From: Pseudohongiellaceae bacterium
GTDB lineage: Bacteria > Pseudomonadota > Gammaproteobacteria > Pseudomonadales > Pseudohongiellaceae
DNA: 36,221 bases
Direction of reading: 5' to 3'
NCBI GenBank assembly: GCA_040902165.1
Contig: JBBDXV010000113.1
Location: forward strand, 5,743-41,963
This document shows positions 10,753-16,954 of this stretch, one piece after another; position 1 is the stretch's first letter; each line of letters begins with the position of its first letter. The notes under the pieces were generated by a model that was not told where the DNA came from, searched no databases, and saw only the letters and a list, made by a program, of their open reading frames with translations. A program made the translations under genes and the position numbers.

Positions 10753-11487
10753 TCAATTGCCCTTCTTCATTTCTATGACTATGCCACTGGCCAGCAGCCA
10801 TGAAAAAATGAAAACGGCGAAAAACAGAAAATCCCGGATGTCCAGTACGCCTTTGCTGATGGAATCAAAATGAGTCAGAAAACCCATGGCAGCAAATGCA
10901 TCGATAAGAAACTGCGGCATCCAGCCTGGAAATGCGTTGAGCACAATCGGCGATCCCATGACTACAAACAGAAAACAGATGCTCACTGTCAGTATGAAAG
11001 CGATAACCGGATTCCTCGTGGAGGCAGACATGCAGGAACCGATTGCCAGAAAACCGCCAGCCATGAACCAGCTGCCAAGGTAAGCGGCAAATATCACACC
11101 ATTGTCTGGTTCACCGAGATAATTGACTGTCAGCCAAATGGGAAAGGTAAGCAGAAGTGCGATCCCGGTTAGTCCCCAGGCTGCAAGAAATTTACCCAGC
11201 ACAGCTTCGGATAGCTTGACCGGCAAGGTAAGCAATAGTTCTATGGTACCGGTCTTGCGCTCATCAGCCCACAGTCCCATCGCAACGGCCGGTACCATGA
11301 ACAGATACAACCACGGGTGAAAACTGAAGAACGGCAACAGATCTGCCTGTCCACGCTGATAGAAGCCACCAAGGTCAAAGGTGAAGATCCCGTTCATGAT
11401 GAGAAAGATCACGATAAAAATATAGGCCAGGGGCGTCGCGAAATAGCTGGCCAGTTCGCGTTTGAAAATAATCTGCAGATTTGCCAT
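10753..11487 (-). CDS. ABC-2 type transporter permease (GldF-like)
   Basis: 244 aa with about 6 hydrophobic helices. The N-terminus KRELASYFATPLAYIFIVIFL is typical of ABC-2 / GldF-family permeases. It lies 9 nt downstream of the ATPase gene. Confidence 0.8.
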   Translation of the reverse strand: MANLQIIFKRELASYFATPLAYIFIVIFLIMNGIFTFDLGGFYQRGQADLLPFFSFHPWLYLFMVPAVAMGLWADERKTGTIELLLTLPVKLSEAVLGKFLAAWGLTGIALLLTFPIWLTVNYLGEPDNGVIFAAYLGSWFMAGGFLAIGSCMSASTRNPVIAFILTVSICFLFVVMGSPIVLNAFPGWMPQFLIDAFAAMGFLTHFDSISKGVLDIRDFLFFAVFIFSWLLASGIVIEMKKGN

Positions 11488-11496
11488 GGCGTCTTC

Positions 11497-12423
11497 CTAT
11501 TGCACAGACTGGGTTACAGTTCTGAACACATCTTCCAGCTCTCCACGGTTTACATGGAACTCCGAAACCGGCCAGTGCCGGGTCTGAGCCAGTTCCGAAA
11601 CCGCCGCGAAAATCGGCTTCCCGTCGCGCGAGAGAATGGTAAAACTCAACTCATCCTGCTCATCCTGTTCCACTGCAGCAATCTCAGGTCGATTGGCAAG
11701 ATCAGCGACAAGATCATATCTGCTGGTCAGGCGAATGCTGACAGCCTGGTGATATCTGGATCTGGATTCCAGCTCGGCAGGTGTACCGTCGACCACTATA
11801 CGCCCATTGGCAATGATAATGGCGCGCGTACAGACTGACGTTACCTCTTCGAGGATATGGGTTGAGATGATGACAATTTTTTCGCGTGCGAGATTCCTGA
11901 TCAGGGCTCGCACATGGTGTTTCTGGTTAGGATCCAGACCGTCGGTCGGCTCGTCCAGAATAAGCACTTTGGGATCGTGCATGATGGCCTGGGCCAGGCC
12001 CACACGGCGCTTGAACCCCTTGGACAGGGTTTCAATAGTCTGATGGCGCACCTTGCCAAGTTCAACCTGTTCGATCACCCGATTGACCCTCTCGGCGATC
12101 TGTTCATTGCGGTAACCACGCACCTGGGCGATAAAATTGAGGAACTCCAGGGTCGTCATGTCGCCGTAGCTCGGCGCTCCCTCAGGCAGGTAACCGATCA
12201 GGGATTTGGCCTCGATGGCACTCTGGGTAATATCAAAACCGTCGATCTTGACCGTACCGGAGGTAGGCGCCAGAAAACCGGTAATGACCTTCATGGTCGT
12301 GGATTTGCCGGCACCATTGGGACCCAGAAAGCCAAGTACTTCACCTTCTCTCACGGTGAAGGTCAGGTCATCCACGGCAGTAAACTGATTGAACTTCTTG
12401 GTTAGATGATTAATCTCGATCAT
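11497..12423 (-). CDS. ABC transporter ATP-binding protein (GldA-like, ABC-2 subfamily)
   Basis: Walker A is GPNGAGKST, the Q-loop is present, the signature is LSKGFKRRVGLA, Walker B is VLILDEPTDGLD and the H-loop is ISTHILEE. A C-terminal extension of about 80 aa is typical of this subfamily. Confidence 0.9.
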   Translation of the reverse strand: MIEINHLTKKFNQFTAVDDLTFTVREGEVLGFLGPNGAGKSTTMKVITGFLAPTSGTVKIDGFDITQSAIEAKSLIGYLPEGAPSYGDMTTLEFLNFIAQVRGYRNEQIAERVNRVIEQVELGKVRHQTIETLSKGFKRRVGLAQAIMHDPKVLILDEPTDGLDPNQKHHVRALIRNLAREKIVIISTHILEEVTSVCTRAIIIANGRIVVDGTPAELESRSRYHQAVSIRLTSRYDLVADLANRPEIAAVEQDEQDELSFTILSRDGKPIFAAVSELAQTRHWPVSEFHVNRGELEDVFRTVTQSVQ

Positions 12424-12447
12424 GTTTGATTGCCCGGGTTTGGAGAC

Positions 12448-12465
12448 GGGCTAATATATTAGCCC
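12448..12465. promoter_or_regulatory. Perfect 18-bp palindrome gggctaatatattagccc in a divergent promoter region (candidate operator)
   Basis: The sequence is self-complementary as read. It lies 25 nt upstream of the gldA-like ATG (minus strand), in the 175-bp gap shared with lptM-lysA. The function is inferred only. Confidence 0.4.
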
Positions 12466-12486
12466 CTCCCCGCTTTTTCAAGACGA

Positions 12487-12534
12487 GAGTCAAGGCAAGA
12501 GTCAAGACAAGAGTCAAGGTGAGAGTCAAGGCGA
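12487..12534. repeat. Four tandem 12-bp direct repeats (gagtcaaggcaa / gagtcaagacaa / gagtcaaggtga / gagtcaaggcga)
   Basis: Read directly. The conserved core is GAGTCAAG(G/A) and the 3-nt tail varies. The repeats are intergenic, between the gldA-like operon start and the lptM start. Confidence 0.9.
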
Positions 12535-12556
12535 GACACTCTCACCAAGGCAGGGT

Positions 12557-12562
12557 TATAAT
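12557..12562 (+). promoter_or_regulatory. Candidate -10 hexamer (TATAAT) for lptM-lysA
   Basis: A perfect tataat lies 37 nt upstream of the lptM ATG. The 12-bp repeat array (12487-12534) ends 5-6 bp upstream of the expected -35 position. No good -35 consensus was seen. Confidence 0.3.
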
Positions 12563-12598
12563 CCTCCCCGCACAAGTCCCGGGTCGAGCCCCCACTTT

Positions 12599-12745
12599 AT
12601 GAACAAACCAGTCAGAATCCTGTCTTTCTTCCTTTGTATATTGGTTTTGACCAGTTGTGGCCAGAAAGGTCCGCTGCGAAGACCGGAGCAGGTATCCCTC
12701 GAACCAATCCAGCCTGAACTGCTTGTGAATCTTCGGCTTTCCTGA
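12599..12745 (+). CDS. lptM: Small lipoprotein of the LptM (YifL) / LppL family, 48 aa; absent from the supplied ORF track
   Basis: My own translation is MNKPVRILSFFLCILVLTSCGQKGPLRRPEQVSLEPIQPELLVNLRLS*. It has a signal peptide and lipobox (LTSC) followed by the family motif CGxKGPL. The position immediately upstream of lysA-dapF matches lppL-lysA in Pseudomonas and yifL-dapF in E. coli. Confidence 0.7.
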   Translation: MNKPVRILSFFLCILVLTSCGQKGPLRRPEQVSLEPIQPELLVNLRLS

Positions 12746-12797
12746 AGCCCGTGCAATTCAAATTTGAATTTACCGTCACCTGCACGAGACATTAGCC

Positions 12798-14045
12798 ATG
12801 ACGCTATTCGATTACCGGCAAGATGAACTGTTTGCTGAACAGGTCCCGCTGAGCAAAATTGCTGCAGAGTTCGGCACACCGACCTATGTGTACTCAAGAG
12901 CGGGGATTGAGAATGAACTGCGCTCCTATCAGCGGGTACTTGCAGGACATTCGCATCTGATTTGCTACGCCGTCAAGTCCAACTCAAACCTGGCGGTTCT
13001 TGATGTGCTGGCGCGTGCCGGCGCCGGTTTTGACATTGTCTCCGGCGGCGAACTGGAACGGGTTCTCAGGGCCGGCGGTAGCGCAGCAAAGACGATCTTT
13101 TCCGGCGTAGGCAAGAGCACAGCAGAAATTGAAAAAGCCCTGCTGGCCGGAATAGCCTGTTTCAATATCGAATCGGAAGCAGAACTTGAGCGAATCTGTA
13201 TGGTGGCAGAACGCTTGCAGAAAGTCGCGCCGGTCTCGCTGCGCGTTAATCCGGACGTGGATGCGGGAACCCACCCGTATATCTCTACCGGCTTGAAAGA
13301 AAATAAATTCGGCATCGACAGCGGCCAGGCCTTTGAGCTCTATCTGCGCGCCGCCGAAATGCCGCAGATCAAACTGATTGGCATCGACTGCCATATTGGT
13401 TCGCAGCTGACCGAACTGGGTCCGTACATGGATGCCATTGATAAAATGCTGACCCTGGTGGACCGGTTGCAAACAGCCGGCATTGTTCTCGAACACTTCG
13501 ATATCGGCGGTGGTCTCGGCGTTTGTTATCGTGATGAACAACCCCCCGCGCCGCAGCAACTGATCAGCGCGGTTCTGAAAAAACTCGGCCGCCGCAAATT
13601 GAAATTGATGCTGGAACCCGGCAGATCCATCACCGCCAACGCCGGAATCCTGCTGACCCGCGTCGAATATCTGAAGCATACTCCGCACAAGAACTTTGCC
13701 ATTGTTGATGCCGGCATGAACGATCTGATCAGACCGGCTCTGTATGGTGCATGGCAAAACATTATTCCGGTGCGGCGCGGCAGCGCCGAGTCGCAGCTTT
13801 ACGATGTTGTGGGTCCGGTTTGCGAATCGGCCGATTTTCTGGGCAAGGAACGATCACTTGCAATACTGCCGGATGACCTGCTGGCAGTCATGTCCGCCGG
13901 ATCCTATGGGTTTGTAATGAGCTCCAATTACAACAGCCGAAACCGGGCGGCAGAAGTGTTGGTGGACGGACCTCGAATGCATCTGGTTCGTCAACGCGAA
14001 TCCCTGGAACAGCAGCTGCAACTGGAAAGTTGTCTGCCGGAATAA
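12798..14045 (+). CDS. lysA: Diaminopimelate decarboxylase
   Basis: 415 aa. It has FGTPTYVYS, the PLP lysine context YAVKSN, GGGLG, and the C-terminal EPGRSI...CESADFL...GSYGFVMSSNYNSR blocks of fold-type III decarboxylases of the LysA type. Confidence 0.95.
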   Translation: MTLFDYRQDELFAEQVPLSKIAAEFGTPTYVYSRAGIENELRSYQRVLAGHSHLICYAVKSNSNLAVLDVLARAGAGFDIVSGGELERVLRAGGSAAKTIFSGVGKSTAEIEKALLAGIACFNIESEAELERICMVAERLQKVAPVSLRVNPDVDAGTHPYISTGLKENKFGIDSGQAFELYLRAAEMPQIKLIGIDCHIGSQLTELGPYMDAIDKMLTLVDRLQTAGIVLEHFDIGGGLGVCYRDEQPPAPQQLISAVLKKLGRRKLKLMLEPGRSITANAGILLTRVEYLKHTPHKNFAIVDAGMNDLIRPALYGAWQNIIPVRRGSAESQLYDVVGPVCESADFLGKERSLAILPDDLLAVMSAGSYGFVMSSNYNSRNRAAEVLVDGPRMHLVRQRESLEQQLQLESCLPE

Positions 14046-14093
14046 ATAATCCCGCTTGCGCCGGAACCAAACCTGACAGTCGAAAACTGAAAT

Positions 14094-14936
14094 ATGCAAT
14101 TACCTTTTACGAAAATGCACGGCCTGGGCAATGACTTCATGGTGATCGACCTGGTCAATCACAAGGCAAGCCTGGGTCCGGATCTGATCCGCCAGTTGGC
14201 AGACCGGCACTTTGGCATCGGTTTCGATCAGCTGTTGTTGATAATGCCACCCACAAGCAGCGACGTTGATTTCGACTACCGAATCTATAATGCAGACGGC
14301 AACGAGGTAGAACACTGTGGCAACGGTGCGAGATGTTTTGCACTCTATGTGCGCGACAAGGGACTCAGCAGGAAAAATCCGCTTACAGTAGGCACGATCA
14401 ATAACAAGCTGGAATTGAAAATTGAGCCGGACAACAGCGTGATCGTAGATATGGGTGTGCCCAGATTCGCTCTCGAACAGATACCGTTTCGCAGCAATGA
14501 GCAGGCAACTGTACACAAGAGAATGATTTCTCTCGCGTCAGGATCACTGCAGGTCGAGTTTGTCGCACTGTCGATGGGCAATCCGCATGCCGTCCTTCTG
14601 GTTGAGGACGTCGACAATGCCGATGTCGTTGAGATTGGTACTGCGCTTGGCAGTCATCCGGATTTTCCCCAGGGCGTGAATGTAGGGTTTATGCAAATCA
14701 TCGACGCGGGACATGTCAAATTGCGTGTCTATGAACGTGGCGCCGGTGAAACGCTTGCCTGTGGTACCGGCGCCTGTGCTGCGATGGTGGCTGGTTGCGT
14801 GCTCGGACGATTAAATGATACCGTGCAGATCAGCCTGCGTGGCGGCGAATTGACAGTGAAATGGCCGGGCAAAAACTCCCCGGTCCTGATGCGGGGACCG
14901 GCCACAACCGTATTTGAGGGGATGATTCAAATATGA
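14094..14936 (+). CDS. dapF: Diaminopimelate epimerase
   Basis: 280 aa. It has the FTKMHGLGNDFMVID N-terminus and both catalytic cysteine contexts (VEHCGNGARC and ETLACGTGACA). Confidence 0.95.
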   Translation: MQLPFTKMHGLGNDFMVIDLVNHKASLGPDLIRQLADRHFGIGFDQLLLIMPPTSSDVDFDYRIYNADGNEVEHCGNGARCFALYVRDKGLSRKNPLTVGTINNKLELKIEPDNSVIVDMGVPRFALEQIPFRSNEQATVHKRMISLASGSLQVEFVALSMGNPHAVLLVEDVDNADVVEIGTALGSHPDFPQGVNVGFMQIIDAGHVKLRVYERGAGETLACGTGACAAMVAGCVLGRLNDTVQISLRGGELTVKWPGKNSPVLMRGPATTVFEGMIQI

Positions 14937-15682
14937 GCAATGCGAACAATGTGACCAATGTGATAGACGAGAATAAAACAGCAGCACAAGCAGATGCGAA
15001 TCCGGCCGCTGAAATCAGCGCTGAGCAGGTCGCCGCTTATCTGCATACCCATCCGGATTTCTTTATTGCTCATCAAGAACTGTTGGCGGAACTGCATCTT
15101 CCCCATGCAAGCGGTAGTGCAATTTCCCTGGTCGAAAGGCAGATAAGCATTCTTCGTAACCGCGGCATGGATGCAAGGGTAAAACTCAATAACCTTTTGG
15201 ACAATGCACGCAATAATGATCTGTTGTTTGAGACTACCCGGGATCTGGTGCTTGCCCTGCTACGCGCCAGGGATGCGAATGAAATCGTCCAGATTGCCCA
15301 GGATCGACTCAACCAACTGGAAAATATTGATGCCTGTGAGTTCTTGCTGGCACAACGAAGCGGTTTGCAGCTGGCTGACAATATTCGCTCTGAACCAGTC
15401 GAGAAACTCAAACAGGATTATCAGGATGTATTCCGGCTGAAGCGAACCCATTGCGGAGGTCTCAAACAGGGCCAGATCAACAGTCTGTTCTCTACCGCAG
15501 ATGCAAAAATCAGTTCTACCGCGTTATGTCCGGTAACGCATCAAGGGGAAGTCCTTGGCTTGATCGCGCTGGGCAATCGGGAAGAGGATTATTTCAATCT
15601 CAACCTCGACACCCTGTTTCTTGATTTCATCGGTGATGTTGTCGGTGCAGTGCTTGGTCGCGAACTGGACCGGCACAAATGA
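14933..15682 (+). CDS. DUF484-family protein (YigA-like)
   Basis: 249 aa. The block VAAYLHTHPDFFIAHQELLAELHLPHASGSAISLVERQISILR is the characteristic DUF484 N-terminal block, and the C-terminal half is GAF-like. The ATGA overlap with dapF matches the position of yigA in dapF-yigA-xerC. Confidence 0.85.
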   Translation: MSNANNVTNVIDENKTAAQADANPAAEISAEQVAAYLHTHPDFFIAHQELLAELHLPHASGSAISLVERQISILRNRGMDARVKLNNLLDNARNNDLLFETTRDLVLALLRARDANEIVQIAQDRLNQLENIDACEFLLAQRSGLQLADNIRSEPVEKLKQDYQDVFRLKRTHCGGLKQGQINSLFSTADAKISSTALCPVTHQGEVLGLIALGNREEDYFNLNLDTLFLDFIGDVVGAVLGRELDRHK

Positions 15683-15721
15683 TTGCCTGACCGATCCCGT
15701 CGTGCGGTCGCCCCTCCCAAA

Positions 15722-16954
15722 ATGAAAAACTCCGACAAAAATGCACAGCCACAAACCGCCCCGCTGGTTTCAATTATTTGCCGGTCTATCAATCGCCCTC
15801 AGTTGGCAGAGGCATTGCAATCCGTCAGGGTACAGACCTACAAGCCGATTGAAATAATCCTGGTTGACAGTCTCGCGCGCGGAATTTCCGCAGACCTTTA
15901 TCGGGACTATTATCGTGACTATGGCGACCAGATCAGGGTAGTCACGCCCGAAAAACCACTGGGGCGCGCTGCGGCAGCCAATACCGGGTTGGACCATGCG
16001 CGTGGCGACTACTTGATGTTTCTGGATGACGATGACTGGATCGCGCCGGATCATATTGCAAATCTTCTGGATCTGCTTAAAGCAAACAGGAGCATAAAAG
16101 CTGCCTATAGTAGTGTAAGAAAAGTAACTCTCGCCGGCAAACCAACCGAAGAGATTTTTGACCAGCCCTATGATGTCGTTTTGCTGCGGCGGGATAACTA
16201 CATTCCAATTCATGCAGTGCTTTTTTCCAGAATCCTCTTGACCACAGGCTGTCGATTTGACGAATCGCTGGACATCTACGAGGACTGGGATTTCTGGTTG
16301 CAGGCATCAAGACAAACAGAAATGCGGCATCTGGACAGGATTACTGCTTTTTATCGTCAGGGAGGCGGCTCGGATACCGCGGTAATAACCAATGAATCAC
16401 GTTACGCCGTCGGGAATGTCATCGCTGGGGCCAGGAGTGCAGTACTGGAAAAGTGGAAGAGTATCTGGACTGGTGCCGAACTCAATGAGCTTATCGGCAG
16501 CATGGACAGCTCAGCTGAACTGTCAGCACTTGCCGAGGAAATAAAAGGACTGCACCAGACAATGGGTAATCTGCATGAACGCCTTGTAAAAGCGGACGCC
16601 GCAACCAGGGTCTTTGCGAACACTGCCAACACCCTCAGGCGTGAGCTGTCTTCAGCCAACGATGCAACCAGGATCGTTGAGAACACTGCCAACACCCTCA
16701 GGCGTGAGCTGTCGTCAGCCAACGATGCTCTCAAACAAAGATTAACCGAGTTGAACGCTCTGCATAATTCCCTTGAGGAATTGCGTAATTCCCTTGAGGA
16801 ATTGCGTAATTCCCTTGAGCAAAGTCATTCGAACGCGAGGCAATTAAACCGCCAGCTTGATGTTATCTATCACTCATTATCCTGGCGGCTCATGGGGCCT
16901 TTTCGAAGATTAAAGCGTCTACTTGGCAGCAATTCCGGTCGACATGAAAACTGA
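15722..16954 (+). CDS. Family-2 glycosyltransferase with a C-terminal coiled-coil extension of about 120 aa
   Basis: The GT-A core is VSIICRSINRPQLAEALQSVRVQTYKPIEIILVD...AAAANTGLDHARGDYLMFLDDDDW (DxD motif). The C-terminus has heptad-rich repeats (ANTANTLRRELSSAND x2, NSLEELR x3) and then the motif SLSWRLMGPFRRL. The first ATG is at 15722. The track's start at 15683 is a TTG that directly abuts the DUF484 stop. Confidence 0.8.
   Translation: MKNSDKNAQPQTAPLVSIICRSINRPQLAEALQSVRVQTYKPIEIILVDSLARGISADLYRDYYRDYGDQIRVVTPEKPLGRAAAANTGLDHARGDYLMFLDDDDWIAPDHIANLLDLLKANRSIKAAYSSVRKVTLAGKPTEEIFDQPYDVVLLRRDNYIPIHAVLFSRILLTTGCRFDESLDIYEDWDFWLQASRQTEMRHLDRITAFYRQGGGSDTAVITNESRYAVGNVIAGARSAVLEKWKSIWTGAELNELIGSMDSSAELSALAEEIKGLHQTMGNLHERLVKADAATRVFANTANTLRRELSSANDATRIVENTANTLRRELSSANDALKQRLTELNALHNSLEELRNSLEELRNSLEQSHSNARQLNRQLDVIYHSLSWRLMGPFRRLKRLLGSNSGRHEN
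16601..16728 (+). repeat. In-frame 63-bp tandem repeat (2 copies plus 2 nt) inside the GT2 coiled-coil region
   Basis: Units 16601-16663 and 16664-16726 differ at 4 positions by my alignment. Each encodes the 21-aa unit ATR(V/I)(F/V)(A/E)NTANTLRRELSSAND. Confidence 0.95.
16765..16820 (+). repeat. In-frame 21-bp tandem repeat (2 identical copies plus a 13-nt partial copy), encoding NSLEELR heptads
   Basis: taattcccttgaggaattgcg occurs at 16765-16785 and again at 16786-16806. The next unit begins identically at 16807 and diverges at 16820. Confidence 0.95.

Noticed and set aside
12487-12534. I considered whether the 12-bp repeat array is a phase-variable coding microsatellite or a mini-CRISPR.
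   Set aside because: The array is intergenic. It has only four imperfect copies, no spacers, and a unit length that is not prone to high-frequency slippage. A regulatory binding array is the more economical reading.
12984-13757. A 257-aa antisense ORF inside lysA. Similar long shadow ORFs occur at 353-766 and 1289-1711 (hemD/hemC), 4657-5154 and 5617-6030 (yheS), 6534-7034 (response regulator), 7412-8023 (kinase), 9207-9800 (gldG-like), 11317-11838 and 11914-12405 (ABC genes), 14100-14516 (dapF), 23646-24209 (tonB), 24720-25235 (yqgE) and 27233-28002 (proC).
   Set aside because: Each one overlaps a confidently identified gene on the opposite strand. The translations are low-complexity or compositionally odd and carry no family motifs. 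Long antisense frames of this kind are expected in coding DNA of about 55-60% G+C.
15683-16943. The TTG starts used by the ORF track for the two plus-strand GT genes (15683 and 16923).
   Set aside because: Both are non-ATG codons with no visible Shine-Dalgarno sequence. The first in-frame ATGs (15722 and 16944) retain the complete GT2 domains. The choice is not certain and needs N-terminal proteomics or Ribo-seq.
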